Shown: positions 1-12,960 of the stretch, one piece after another
Layout of the letters: each line of letters begins with the position of its first letter
Numbering within the stretch: position 1 is the first letter of the stretch
Notes under the pieces: model-generated
Databases searched by the model: none
What the model was told of the DNA's origin: nothing
What the model saw: only the letters and a program-made list of their open reading frames with translations
Assembly: GCA_013115145.1 (NCBI GenBank)
Contig: JAAPAO010000275.1
Coordinates: 1 to 44,057 of the forward strand
Reading direction: 5' to 3'
DNA: 44,057 nt
Origin: Perkinsus chesapeaki ATCC PRA-425
Taxonomy: Eukaryota > Protista > Perkinsozoa
Position numbers and translations under genes: made by a program

Positions 1-320
1 GTTTGTACCAGTTTAACTGCGTACGAGTTTGGCTATGTACCAGCTTGCACTGTACGATATGATACTCACCCCTGCTGAAGCACTGGCGGGTATCGAGTGC
101 CGCGATGCTTACGTAGCAGAGTATTTTTTGTAAATGTAGGATCTTGTACAGTTCATTAAGCTTTTCTAACCTCAAGGACCTTTAGTAATGTAAATTACGA
201 AAATGCGCTGTAGGGGGCGAGCGACAATCACACGTGATTCTGGTACTTGGTACCGACGGTCGGTAGCGTCGGTACGAATCAAGCTAAATTAACGTGGTAA
301 AATAGAACATACCACAGTGT

Positions 321-800
321 GAGTATGATTTAGAATCATACCCTGAGTTAAAATCTGATTCTGAATCTACGCTGATTTTCCGGCTGAGTAAATACTCGTG
401 AGTATGAGTTTTGAATCACAATCACAGTGAAAAAATCTAGAATCGTGAATTTTACTAAGCGGGGTGAGTAATTAATCTGAGTCCTTGATTCTGAATCAGA
501 ATCTGAATCAGAATCTGATTTAAAATCACGAATCATGATTCCGAATCACGAATCAGAATCACGTAGTGAGTAAAATCACGAATCAGGAATTGTACTCATG
601 ATTTGAAAATCTGACTCATGAATCAGGGATCGTACTCAAGATTTGTGAATCTTACTCGTCAGTACGGAATATGAATCAATGCCTCGGAATCAGAGGGTGA
701 GTCGAATCTTGCATCAAAATCAGAGGGTGAGTAAAATCAGTGCCTTTGATTTCCGAATCAGTATACAGAATCAGATCAGTAATCAGAATCAGTTGATTCT
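321..800. repeat. Degenerate low-complexity repeat of GAATCA/TGATTC/GAGTA/TACTC motifs
   Basis: Dense recurrence of gaatca, gaatct, tgagta and tactc. The 348..536 ORF (DSDSDSES) is just a translation of it. Confidence 0.6.
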
Positions 801-1185
801 CCTCAACTACTTACGACTGTTCGATGAAACTTTAAGGGGTGAGTACTGTATATGATAGGTTTCAAGTACTACGAGAGTAATAATCGAACTCTTCTATCTC
901 GAGGTAGTTCCCTAAGAAAAATCGTGATTTTGGGGCCAAAATTAAGGCGTGTATTCTAAGTTAATTTGGCAACTTTTCCGTGCCGATTTCTCAGTTCTTA
1001 ATAACCAGTGAGTGTTAGGCGCTGAAACTTCGGTGGTATATTGAAGGCCATGTTAGAACGAGGCTCTCTGAGTTTTGGGCATAGAGCCGCAAATCTGGCA
1101 GAGAATGGTCACAAAAACGTGATATTCTAAATTAATTTGGAGGACTGTACGTGTTTCAAGCAATGGAGTTGAGTATGAACGTAAT

Positions 1186-3945
1186 TTATGGAGATTGAAC
1201 ATCAAGTGTACGTGTTTTATGTGTACCAATCGTTAACATCCCGTCGAATAAAATCTGTTCAACAAACTGTAGAAGAGATTGTGGAACTAAGAGATAATCA
1301 AAATAGGGCTCGATCAAATGACGAATGCCGTATTCGATGAATATATCATGGAGCAGAGTTTCTAGCACTCTCGGCGCGCTGTTGGGACTCCGGCACTGTA
1401 TCATTGTCAATTGCTTCAGTCATACTACTATAACTCAAGAAGAGTAACTTGTGAAGAATAAAGAGATAATAAAGAACAAGGGTTCGACAATATCGATCAT
1501 AGCTAATACTTTAGCTCGGCCAGACTGGGACAGTACGACACAGAATAACACAAAGTATTACAGTCAGGTATCGAACCTGGGACCTTCAGGTTTAGAGTAG
1601 CCTGCTCTACCACTACACCACAACAACTTATAATCTGTAGGTTGATTAAAACTGGTAGCTATATACTGAGTGACAATAGCCGTTGTACGCACGCGACCGA
1701 AACCGTTACAGCGCTGAGGAGCCCAAAGAGCATTCTTACCATACGCCAGGCAAATGTGGAATGTTCCCAGCGTAGGCGAGTGCCAAGCCAAAAGGTTTGA
1801 CTGTCTTCGATATATATAGATAAATATGCTTTTTTCAAATCAATTAAATATAACGGCTCGTTATTGGGCGTTTTCCATGCCCGCCAACGCTTAATATGGT
1901 CGGGTGATGCAGTAGGCCGTTCATGTAGCTCATTAGGTGAGCTTGCAATATGTTCGTTTAACCAACGCAGATCACAACAGGGTCGGCAGGGCGTACTCTC
2001 TTTATGTGGTTGATATTGAACCACTAAAAGATGTGTCGCTTTCAGGGAGTCTAAAGGAATGGGTTCGATGTAATTCTGAGCTTTCCATAAATCGATAGCT
2101 TCCCTGAAAAGATTTTGCACATCAAGAGGCTGTGCTGCAAGGTTATAGTCGGGTATTGTAATTGGAGCCAGGGGTTTCTAACTTACGTAAGATGAAACCA
2201 GAGGTATCAATACGTTTAACAACTCGCAAACCGTGATGGAAATCTGGTTCACGTGGTTCTTGAAGAAGATAATAGGTTTCGTCCTTCCCATCAGTGACTT
2301 GGATAGAACAGTCACAAGTGACTGGTTGTGCAAGAATGGAAGGTGTCATTGTTGCAACATAGGGGGAAGGAGCGGTAGCTGGTACATGTATTGTGTTGTT
2401 CAATGGCTTCCAGTAAGGATGCCCAACATCATTGAAAAGTATCATAATTCCCCCATTCAACTGACACCAATCCAAGCCTAAAAGGCCTGAAACTCTGATG
2501 TGTCCATCAATACGAAGAGGTAGATCTTCTACAACCAAGCTGTGGGTAATGAAATCATATTAGGGGTCAAGACATTAAGAATCTTTTTGGCTTTATAGGG
2601 CTTGCCGAAAATGCTATAAACAATGGTATCGTGAAGGTCTTGTGTAGACTCCTCGTCATTGCCAGGAGCCATCACTCTTTCACCTGATAGACAGACATCT
2701 TTACTGAAAATTGATCGAGTACAGCCAGTATCGATCAAAAAGCAATGCTCGCCAGAACGATAAACGAGAGCATGGCAAGATAGAGAAGGTCTTACTTTCT
2801 CATTCGTTTCACGTGTAACATTATCACGTGAATATCCAGGGTTATCATGCCAAGTATGACCCCAGCCTTCACAAGTCCAACATTGAGGGACTCTAGAGGT
2901 CTTTTGATATTTCGCAGGCGGATAATCCGCCGACCCATCAAATGGTGGTCTATATTGACCCTGACCGCCCTTAAAAGAGCCTTTGCCTTTAGTGGCACCT
3001 CTGCCATCACCTTTAGATTGTCCTTTAGTGGACCTTCCTTTGCCTTTGGACCCTTTACCACCTTTAGGGGTATGAGCAATACCAGCTGTGGCAGGCGAGA
3101 TGGCGGAACCATCATTGGGTTCGTCATCATCATCATATAACGTTCGGCACAAATCTAACGCGTGGTTTAGATGTTGAGGGCCAGCCTGCCATGTACAATA
3201 GAGTTGTTTAGCTGCAGCGGTCCAAGGAATAGAGTTCCAAAAGAACTTACAGGCAACGACCTCAGAAGCGACGGCATCGAGCTTGGGCAAAGATATAGCC
3301 GCAAGTTCTCGAATCTCCGCGGCATGGAGATCAATATTGGCAATTGCCTTGCCTGGTTGAAAAGTTAAAGCAAGAAGCTTTTGAAAAGCTTTGCGCTCAG
3401 TGGCGCCATAAACTAAATTTAGTTGTAGCTTCTCGATGATGAGCTTCTCAGCAATGCTGAGATGCTGAGTCAGCATCCTCATCCGAGACATCGGGAGGAA
3501 AGATCATACGAGAAATCAACTTGTAAGCTGCACCAGTCAAGTGCATGAGAAGCTTTTGGCGGCGCTCTGCCGCGGACCAAGCAAACATGCTACAGAAGCT
3601 ACGATAACGACTCAACCATTCCTCAATATCTATACCGCCGGCAACTTTACCGGAGTAATATTGAAGTTTATTCTCAGAAATAACACTAATATTAGATGTA
3701 CCGCCAGAAGGTAAGCATTCTGACGCCCTTTTGGCGATATGCGTTGGGGCTTGGGGATGGCTAGCTGGGGGCTCCTGGGTCTGGGCACCATGTGGAGGTC
3801 TCGTCGGTTGTGAACTCGACATGATAGCAGAGAAAGAGGGATAAGAGAGAGAGGAGCGGACAAGAATCTGCACGCGTGCGCAATGTGCGGAGTTCCATGG
3901 CGAGGAACACAGGATGACATATACTACAACACGCCAGTATACCAA
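1186..3945 (-). mobile_element. Decayed Ty3/gypsy-like LTR retrotransposon (gag, protease, partial RT, integrase remnant)
   Basis: Gag-like YSGKVAGGIDIEEWLSRYRSFCSMFAWS..KLLMHLTGAAYKL (3448..3945). Knuckle-like CWTCEGWGH and protease FLIDTGCTRSIFS (2529..3491), GLLGLDW (2143..2538). RT motifs CRPCCDLRWLN, LIDLKKAYLSI, RMLFGL (1659..2120). Integrase-like IDIVEP..VIVV..TLLHDIFIEYGI with stops (1186-1500). Frameshifts are present; no YxDD, RNase H or matching LTR pair found. Confidence 0.8.
1556..1627 (-). pseudogene. Degenerate tRNA-like sequence (72 nt) inside the retrotransposon
   Basis: Minus strand GTTGTTG TG GTGTAGTGGTAGAGC A GGCTA CTCTAAA CCTGA AGGTC CCAGG TTCGATA CCTGA CTGTAAT. A-box and B-box at tRNA spacing, T-stem 4/5 paired, anticodon stem unpaired. 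Confidence 0.55.
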
Positions 3946-4064
3946 TGCTCCAAAAATGACTCTATCACTCGAAACTGGCGAGAGCCAACCTGGAGGGAGA
4001 GAGATAAATTGGTGCGTACGCGATAGAACGCACGAGAGCCGTCTTACATAAAAACGTAGTCTCC

Positions 4065-4084
4065 CTCACTATAAGCACCAAGTT
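4065..4084 (-). other. Candidate primer-binding site upstream of gag
   Basis: Minus strand ..CCCGTCA-ACT-TGGTGCTTATAGTGAG: CA, a 3-nt spacer, then TGG. Priming tRNA not identified. Confidence 0.25.
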
Positions 4085-4142
4085 GACGGGAAGTGAGGGA
4101 CGCTATATCTGCTCCTAAATATCCTGCAGGCTCTGCTGCGGC

Positions 4143-4187
4143 GTTAAAACAATGAGCGTCGCAAGTTGCGACGCTCATTGTTTTAAC
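4143..4187. repeat. Perfect 45-bp palindrome (22-bp arms, 1-nt centre)
   Basis: GTTAAAACAATGAGCGTCGCAA-G-TTGCGACGCTCATTGTTTTAAC, checked base by base. Confidence 0.95.
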
Positions 4188-4506
4188 AGTATGTTTGTGA
4201 GACTTTTGGTGTGAAAGACTGTGACGAGTTCAGGTTGAATTTGGGTCTTTCGCTTTATCCGATTCTGGTATCTTCGGATGTAGTTGCCGGAACGAATCGG
4301 AGCTTAGGGAGATTAGACATGTTGAGATCAATGCGACCAATTTTTTGGCCTATGATCCGCGCAGTTTCTTTTCTCCTACTTTCCCTTAGTCTTCTGCCAA
4401 GCTCTACAATCCCGACACTTCTGTTGAATCGGCGTCCTTGCCTGTGCCTTCATTAAGGGAGGAAAGTGGTGTGAACCCCCTTTACAACATGTCTGGTGGG
4501 TTGTAT

Positions 4507-5410
4507 CATGTCTCGTACACCGAAAACTCGTACACTTTCACTTCGTTCACCACTCGTACACTGAATGTCCGTACACCCCTCGGATCCGTAAATCGTCAAT
4601 TCGTACACACCAAATCATACACATAAAACCCGTACACACTAAACCCGTACGCATAACAATCGTACACATAAAATTCGTACACCAAAAACTCGTACACCGA
4701 ATACCCATACACCGCCAATTCGTACACAGGGGGAACTCGTACACTTCGCAGTCATGCAGCCCTCATCTTGGGTTTCCTAGCTTTTACAGGTTCCAAGGTT
4801 TTACGGCTGTTATGGTGGCGGTGTTAGAATGTGATGCTACATGACGAAAGGTCATAAGTTCAACCCTCAGGAAAACTAAATTAAATCAATAAATTCGAAC
4901 ATCACATTCTAGTTCAACACGTTACGTGGTTTGGGCTGTGCTACTCTTTTGCGCCCGGTATGCCGAATCGGCATTGCCATGTCGAATTTCCATCCCGAAG
5001 TAGCATACCTCAAATACTATTTCATGTGCCGCGTTTGAGTGTTGAATGCTGGCCAACTCGGCAGATCGACTCTGATTCTTGTATGTTGCAGATGTAGTGT
5101 AGACGTTAGTATCCAAGGCTATCAACCGCGAGGTCGCGGGTTCCATTTCCGCGGAGACCGTGGTAAGTGGCGTGAGCGAAGTGAAAGTATACGGGTTTTC
5201 GGTGTACGACTTGAAAGTGTACGAGTATTTTGTGTACGAGTTTAAAGTGTACTGGTATTATGTGTACGAGTATTATGTGTATGAGTGTTTGATGTATGAG
5301 TATTTAGTGTACGAGTTGAAAGTGTACGGCTCTTCGGTGTACGGGCTGTGAGTGTACGAGTATTCGAAACATGAGTCGAAGATGTAAGAGTTTTCAGTGT
5401 ACGAGACGTG
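4507..5410. mobile_element. Foldback/MITE-like element with 23-bp TIRs and CGTACAC subterminal motif arrays
   Basis: 4507-4529 CATGTCTCGTACACCGAAAACTC matches the reverse complement of 5388-5410 at 21/23. CGTACAC repeats at 4511-4745 and GTGTACG repeats at 5185-5410. No TSD found. Confidence 0.65.
5088..5160 (+). pseudogene. Degenerate tRNA-like sequence inside the foldback element
   Basis: TAGTGTAGACGTTAGTATC (A-box-like) ... AGGTC GCGGG TTCCATT TCCGC (T-stem 5/5). Acceptor stem does not pair. Confidence 0.4.
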
Positions 5411-6754
5411 AACACCCCAACTCGCACAGTCACGGCTCACAGTGCCAATTGCTACAGTTATATTTCGTACACACTCAGCTTCGTGCACGAGTTGACCTTC
5501 CGACTTGAGAATTCCAAGAACCACTCCTCAAACCTACATCACCTGCGATCGAACTTGGGACTCGCACATGAGAGCGCGGGTTCTTGCCCATCCTCTGACA
5601 TATAAATAAGAGTCTTATTATAAGACGTCTTCGCCAGCGCTAGGCGAGTTACGTTCGATTTCAAATTAGTCTTCGTAAGGTGCTGACTCAGCACTGCTGA
5701 GGCAACACTGCTGCAGCCATAACAAGGCGTTAGTAAATCCCAACGTACGTCAGTCATGTGACATGACTCATGTTACACACTATGGTAGGCGCATCACGTC
5801 ATAACATGGGAATGACAAAAACTGGATGCTCGGCGAGGATCCCGTTTTCCGGATTCTGTACTATACCCTATCGACAAGTATATTCGAGTGTACTCAACAT
5901 TGTAGTCTGACACCGTACAACTTATGTATCAGTTGGGTGTTGATACGATCATGTAACTTGAATGATTCCAGTAAAAGACGGCAGCCTGACGCTGAGCCTC
6001 ACCGAGTGAGGAATATTACTTCTATTAATTAACTACTCACGATCTGGAAGCCATAAAGGAACATCAAAGATTTCCACAAGGATTCCCTGCCAAAGAATGC
6101 ATTTGACTCTATCTCCGCATTAGAAACACTTTTTTATCATCACCGACGAACACTTCTCTGTGACGCTAGATAAATCTCTGCCTCCGACCCACTGGCTGGG
6201 ACTTGGATGCGTTCGCAACAACCATTTTTCGACCATACTCCCAAAATTGACAAACTCAACGGCGCGTTAATGGCCATAAAACTGTCAGGTTCCTGAAACG
6301 CTTAGTTTCTGTCGCTTTCGAGCAGACCATCGTGGGTCATCCTTCCACAGAGGGACTTTCCCAACGTCCACTAAAACCTGAGGACAAATATAAATTACAC
6401 ATTCGCAGTTCACAGCGTATATTCGAAAATTAGAACCCTATACCAACGCTGTATCACGCGGCTTGTGGAAAGCACTGTTAGGATGATAGCATTTGTTAGT
6501 AACAAATTGCTACTAACAAATGCTATAATAACAAATTGCCTTTCATGTAACCGTTGCATCCCCATTCGCTTTCTGCATGTCATAGAGGAACATCAGTTGG
6601 TGCCCAGAAGAACGATACGATTTATTTCTTTCAACCTACGAACATATTTTCAGGGAAAATTGCCACTGTATCTAAGTGCGAGTAAAATTTCCCTCTTACA
6701 TTGTACATTTACTAAGAACGCTCCTTACCCCCCGACGAGCATATTCCGGTGAGG

Positions 6755-8640
6755 TTAGATGAATTGATATCCCCTCCAGCTTACGTCGTTCCCAAGGTCC
6801 ACCTTGTGCAAGTTTCGCATCTTCTCCGCATCGGCGTGATTTAAACACACCACAATGGCCGCTTTTGACGAGCCAAACTTTTCCAACCATACCACCTGTG
6901 GAAAAAGTTTACAGAGAAAATCGTTTAGTGTTACCCGAAGCGTAGAGGTATATCCGCCTTTCGCCAAAACCGAGTCCAACCATCTCTGGTTGCCCCACTT
7001 TGCCGTGTTGAAGACCTCCGAGGCGGAGCGAAGCACAACAGCTTGTTTAAAATACCTTAGTATTTTCATCATCAAAACGGCCGAGTGTTCTTACGAGCAG
7101 GATTCGTTTCGGTGGTATTCTTTGCACAGAAGGCATGGAATAGCAGTTCGTTCCCTTGACCGTTCTTTCCTTTTCCCTCCACCCTGGTTCGATCCCTCCA
7201 CTCGGCGATTTGCTGGCTTTTTCTCTCGAGGGTCTTTCTTCATGTGCTTCTCCCAACTTCTAGAATATCCTTCCTCACGATCCGGCCAGCTTTCCATTTG
7301 ATTCTCTTCATCGACTGGCTGACTTCCTAAACACAAACACCTGCACCCAAGCCAACCTCAAACGCATCTTGTTAATTCAACATGAATAGTATCTTCTAAC
7401 CCAACTCACTCGATAAGTCCACTCTCACAACTCTATCACCGCCATATCCACACCTCGCCAATGCTTTAACCAAAAGTTTATCTGCTTCGTAAAAAGCGCT
7501 CGCCCAGTTGATCGATTTAAACCACCTACAGCTGTCCATTGTAGGTAATGCAAAAATAACGCTTTCCTTCCATGCTCCCCACATCATCGGAATCTTTTCA
7601 ATCAATCTTTTCTCCAAGCGATTGTCCACAAGAACATCGCTGAAACCGATTGATATCGATCAGCCGGCTGCGAGCTACACTCACAGCAGTTTTTCCCGAA
7701 TATCCTCGAGGCCGCCGATTTCAACCTTGGGAGGTTCCAGATAGTTCTCTTGTGGAAGCTGCCTGTCGCCACGAAACTCTCTGGTGATTTCCCAAACCTG
7801 AATTCTCATAAAATAGCGAAGCGTAAAGTCGTAAAATGCTTCACTTCAACATAACAGTAGGGATAGGCGTTTCCTCTAAGGCAGCGGATTCTCGGCGGTG
7901 CGCACCTCTCCCGGTCGCACCACTCCAAAAACGCCTGAAGAATAACAAATAAGAACAAATGAGTATATGTAGTAAATTTGCAGAATACAGCAGTTTTGAG
8001 CAATACACAGATAGTATGAAGACATTCAGATACTAATATATAGCCACCACAGGTACTTGGAACCGTGGGAAAATCAACGACGACGATATTGCAGGGAAGA
8101 ACCCGGAAGAGTATTCCCATCTCAGCGAAGCCTCGTGTCGATCGCGCCAAGTTAATCTGGAAAATACAGTACACACTCATCGGTGATGAGTCATCACAGA
8201 TAAAAAGGTTCCACATTCATCACACAAAGTGTTTCGGTTTGCCAAAAAAACAAAGATTTTCCGAAAATCCCTCCTCGCACCCGAGCGCAGTCATTTCGGC
8301 CTCCTCGTGAATCATCACCACCGGACCATTCTCGCATCGCTCCTGCGCATCTGAAACGAAAAGATTCTTTCGAGAAATCTTCCGCGTGCGCACCCACCGA
8401 CAAAGATACGGTTCTTCTACACTCAATCTCGATGGTTTCGAATCCCTCGCCAACATTTCCACATCCTCGACCCGACGGCCGCGGAAATTCGGAGGTACGG
8501 CATACTCGTCTTTGCCACATAAGATGGGCGTCAGAGGCGACTGTTGATGGAACGACCTGATGAAAAAACAAAGGCTATAAAAACCCGTCGCGGAATATCC
8601 TTTTCCTTCATGTAACACAGTTGACGAATAAACTGACATG
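6755..8640 (-). CDS. Multi-exon gene, probable RRM-type RNA-binding protein (boundaries approximate)
   Basis: Spliced frame AFLEWCDRE..PRIRCLRGNAYPYCYVEV|WEITREF..EKLL|DVLVDNRLEK..MDS|YKLLVKALARCGY. Second RRM-like stretch ILLVRTLG..VVWLEKFGSSKAAIVVCLNHADAEKM. Several GT-AG introns of 40-80 nt; central exon phase ambiguous. Confidence 0.5.
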
Positions 8641-8799
8641 AATCTCTTAACTAATATTGGATACCATACAGCTGCTGCACTGCAAGGTATTGATAAACAT
8701 TGAACACGAGATAGTAGTAATAACTACTATGACATCACAGCGTAATTTTTATTAAACCTACATAGAATTATCACCTTTTTGGGAATAAAAAGGTATAGA

Positions 8800-9300
8800 A
8801 ATTCACCCTTCTGAGGGGTTTAGCGCTCTGAGTACCACCGAGAACTTCTCGCTCTCTCTTAGCATTTCCTACGTGTTCCTCCTCCCCGGAAACATACATG
8901 CACCGCTTTTCAGCTCCTAATCTGCTCTCTTACAGGTTACACTCAATCATAACCCTCTCTTTCCAGATTTTTGGCGTGCGTGTTTTGGCGTTTTCACCGG
9001 TAACTCATAGCCCGCTAGCTCTGAGCTTCCCGTTTTCGTCCGATACTATTGCAATAGGTGCTGCTCGTGCAAAAGCATTGTTTTAACCCGTGCTTCAAGT
9101 ATACTCAAGGTCTAAACTCTCTTTTTCCAGATTTTCTGCCACCGACAGAAGGCGTTCGCACTGAGTCCTCAATGAGGACTCCTCATAGTCGACGGGCTTT
9201 CAGCTTCCCGTTTTTGTCCTATTACCTTGCGATTGATGTTAACACGCGCATAGGCATTGTTTCAACCCGTGCTTCAATCGCGTAACGAGCAATCTCTTTA
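8800..9300 (-). pseudogene. Decayed coding-like segment with an internal duplication
   Basis: About 75-bp imperfect direct repeat (9024-9098 and 9203-9278). Translates as IEARVETM../LEARVKTM.. with many stops. Confidence 0.3.
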
Positions 9301-9449
9301 CAGTCACGTTTAGCGCCTTTACTTTAGTAAACATGCCCCCTAGACCCATCTCCAACCGCACACAGGTAGTGCTCATTTTAGTGTTGCGTCCTCAGTAGTG
9401 CTAACTGATTACATCCCCAACACAACCCCAAAAAGTTTCCAACGAAGCG

Positions 9450-10295
9450 CCCGCTTCGTAGCCTTGTTAGAAGATAAAATGTAGAGAAATCATTCACGAA
9501 ATTGATATATTCGAAACTAGGACACACCGATTACCTTCCCCACCCGAGGTTTCAGCAGTGGAATAGCTGTAAAAATTTTCACCGGAATTTAACGAAATTT
9601 TATCTCGTCGATCGAAAGTAAGATACGAAATAAAATAAGTCACCAAAAATGAAGAGGAGAGCTACATATTCATTTCGCTATGGGAGCAAATCTTTTCCCG
9701 GTGGCAAACTCACGCTTCAACCTCCAAATCCTCCCAGATACCGTATCTCGCTGTAGTATCCGTAAATCTATCACTGAGATGACGTGCATCCTCATCGCCG
9801 TACACCATTTCTAAGCGGAGCGAAGCGATTCACCAATACAGTTTTTGAAATTACAAATATACCATAGAAGTTTCCAACCTTCTCATTTGATTGGTCTCCG
9901 GAACTTTGCCATAGTACCTGGGAAATTTTGGGAAATTAGGATTGTTCAGGAAATTCCGGGAAATTTCCCCGTCTGAGTTCACATATCAAACAGGCCAGAA
10001 AAAATAGGACCCCGGGAACAATACGTGAACTATTTTTCAACAATTTCCCCTTTTTTTCTTCGTATATTACCAAAATTTTCCACTTTTTTTCGGAAAATTT
10101 TCAGCATATTTCCCGGATTTTCACTGTCCGTTTTCTTACATTATTTGTATATACATCATCCTCTCCTACCGGCTCCCCCCGAAATAGTTCCGCCAGGTCG
10201 ATTCCACGAAAAGTTTCTCGTAAAAGGGAATCTACTTTACACCAGGACGTATCCTTCCCGTCTTGTACCGAGCTCGAGGTAGACGGCGCTAACAA
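9450..10295 (-). CDS. Probable multi-exon hypothetical gene
   Basis: ORF MLAPSTSS..DDVYTNN followed by a GTAAG donor. Exon EMVYGDEDARHLSDRF..DLEVEA flanked by GT-AG introns. Confidence 0.35.
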
Positions 10296-10781
10296 TACGG
10301 ATAATTGCTACAAAGGGTTTGGAAACTTACACGTTTGAAAGAATCGTTAATTATTATTAAATATTAATTTAATACTAATTATGATTAATCTGATATGTCA
10401 CTCTCAGTGAAATCATATTTTTTACCAAAATTCCCATTCGAATTTCTACCAATATACCCTCTACGGACTGGTACCGAAGTACAGTCTCCTAAATTATCTA
10501 TTCTTCACAGCTTTCCCAACTTGTCAGCCGCCGGAGAACTATTTTTTATTAACTACCGAATTTCCCGTCCGTTACCGATTCAACAACTACATTCATCCTA
10601 GTTTACTTACATAATTCTTATTAATCCGAATAGTAATGAATATAAGAATTGTAAGAAGTTGATTAATATTATTATTTCGATTTCCAACTTAAACAAGGCT
10701 AATCCTAATACGAAACCTAATTCCCTGCTTTCAACCCCCAAATTATCAGTGATAGTTCACCACACTTGAAACCTGTGAAAT

Positions 10782-11050
10782 TCAAATCTTCTTTGTTTTA
10801 TCGTCATCCGGCTTGATAATTTCAGTACGAACAACCGCGCGACGCCCATCTCATTCCCCAATTTTTCAGAATCTTTGCGCACCCGGAAGATTCTCTCACC
10901 GTCGCTCCACATCGCCTTCCAATACGCCTGAGTATCCAGCGTCACACCCTCCCCATCATCACCGCCTTGCTGGGGAGAATCTGAAACCACCAGCTTCCTC
11001 AAAGACGGTACAAGTCAGCAGCCGCAGCAGCAGCAGCTGCCGCTTATACA
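10782..11050 (-). CDS. Probable small spliced hypothetical gene (3' part)
   Basis: SPQQGGDDGEGVTLDTQAYWKAMWSD|DGRRAVVRTEIIKPDDDKTKKI* after removing a GT-AG intron with an AGAATCTT..AAGATTCT hairpin. Confidence 0.35.
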
Positions 11051-11530
11051 ATGTAACCCAAACTGTTATACAAATTAGTTTTTTTCCACAATTTTTCCAT
11101 TTGGACGAATAGAAACACGAAATTAGAATTGCATCCCAATCATTAAGAATCATACGTATAACAGCCACTACGTTAGTTATCAAGTAATACATGGTTAAGC
11201 CGTGCATTGAATGATACTTCAATATTACATATCAGAAAGTCATAAGGGTTCATTCACATGCATTTAGTCTCAGGATACGGCCCAGAAGGGTTGATGAGCT
11301 CATGCGGGCAACAGTCGGATTAATTTCCAATGAAAGTGATTCCTGTCTCAGAAGTAATGTATTTTATGTTTACTTTTGATCTTGGAACGTATTGCCATTC
11401 TATCTCCTATATATTAGGAACACTGATCCCCGCTAAGACACATTGTATTTTTGTGTCTCAGGCAAATGATCCTTTATTATATTTTGGATATAAATAAATA
11501 ATATTACACTTATACATAACGCATGTTGAG

Positions 11531-12860
11531 CTATATCATTCGCATAAGTATCTTGGCTTCAACCGTGCAAGATACACAATAGGTCGAATGAAATCCCCTA
11601 TCATTACATTCATTATATCCATCTTCTAAATCCTCCCCTTTACAACACGCCACACTATCACGCGCTAACGCCTTCAAAGTGGTCTGTTGTGCATAAGCCA
11701 GAGCTGACAAAGATACCATATTTCCAGGCGCGCAAGAAAATCACGGCCACTATAGAAACAATCTAAAGTAAATTTCGGAAATACCCAAATATCAATCCAA
11801 GTTGGAGGCTCCAACTATTCCGACAAAGACGTCACGCGCCACGAAATTATTACCGTTATCCTCCCGTTTGGTCTCGCTAACCTTCACATTTTTTATCTCA
11901 CTTCTACACCGCCGAAATTTCCCTTTGGATTTTTTTACGAAAATTTTCATCAATTTTTCCACATCTTCATCAGTTGGAGTCGGAGGTAATTTGTCCATTA
12001 ATGAACGGAAAAACTGACACTGCCGCATAGGAGTGAAGCCGACGACCACATATAATTTATACTATCCGCGTTGGTTATATCATTCTTAAGAACACTGAAC
12101 GATCAGCATGGTTCTCAAATTCTGTAACTTCGTTATTAATAATTAACATTTTCAAGAACTATTTATTGATAACCCTTTTGAGACCAGCTTTGATGATTCT
12201 AGTTTGAAAATTTCGCCTACTCGAAATTCTTAGCCTGAAACACCCTCCCTTTGGCCCGAAGGCTTTGGGCTGCGACAATGAACACACGAGAACGCATCTC
12301 CAGCCAATTTTCGAGAGCCCTTAGCAAATTCGATCGGAGGAGACATCCACTTTGAGACGTAGGTGAGCGGTAAACTTGGGTTTGATTTTAGAAAATGTAC
12401 TAGAAGGCGCATAAGTTGATGCCAGACCTGGAACGTCTCCTCATCATAGTGGAACGCTGAGCACCGCAAATTCACACCGTATCTCATCATACAACCATGA
12501 CACAGTCGATAAAACGGTTGACCGACTTTACAAATAAAGGTCATGGAAACCATCAGAGCTGTTTTGCTAATATATCTCTGGTTTGGTTGTTGCCCTCCTC
12601 CGTGTGGTAGAACTGCATATAGGTACCAATCCACTCCTCCTGTGCCGCTCTACAACTGATAACCTCTACAGATAGCTGAGATAATTCGCAGCACGAATTC
12701 ATTAATTTATCCACTACACACAAAATGATAAATCTAAATACATCATCAATTTGGAACATGTCATCACTCAACTTCTTCAACTTCGGATGATGATAATGAG
12801 GATGATGACATTGAACTCCTGAATGAATGAAACGGTTAATCGATTTGGCTATGGACAATA
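11531..12860 (-). CDS. Hypothetical coding fragments (one or more genes or pseudogenes)
   Basis: ORFs 12553..12858 and 12230..12634 overlap in different frames and are Cys-rich. Also 11792..12049 and 11531..11719. No family recognised. Confidence 0.3.
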
Positions 12861-12960
12861 AAAAATGAAACGGTTAATCGATTTGGCTATGGACAATAAA
12901 TGAAACGGTTAATCGATTTGGCCATGGCCAATAAAAAATGAAACGGTTAATCGATTTGGA
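12828..12960. repeat. Tandem repeat, about 38-bp unit, 4 copies
   Basis: TGAAACGGTTAATCGATTTGGCTATGGACAATAAAAAA at 12828, 12866, 12901 and 12939. Confidence 0.9.

Noticed and set aside
7091-7336. CLLCKEYHRNESC as a BEL/Pao gag knuckle
   Set aside because: It lies within a spliced cellular-type gene with no pol nearby, and an overlapping frame gives an RRM-like strand, so the frame is unresolved.
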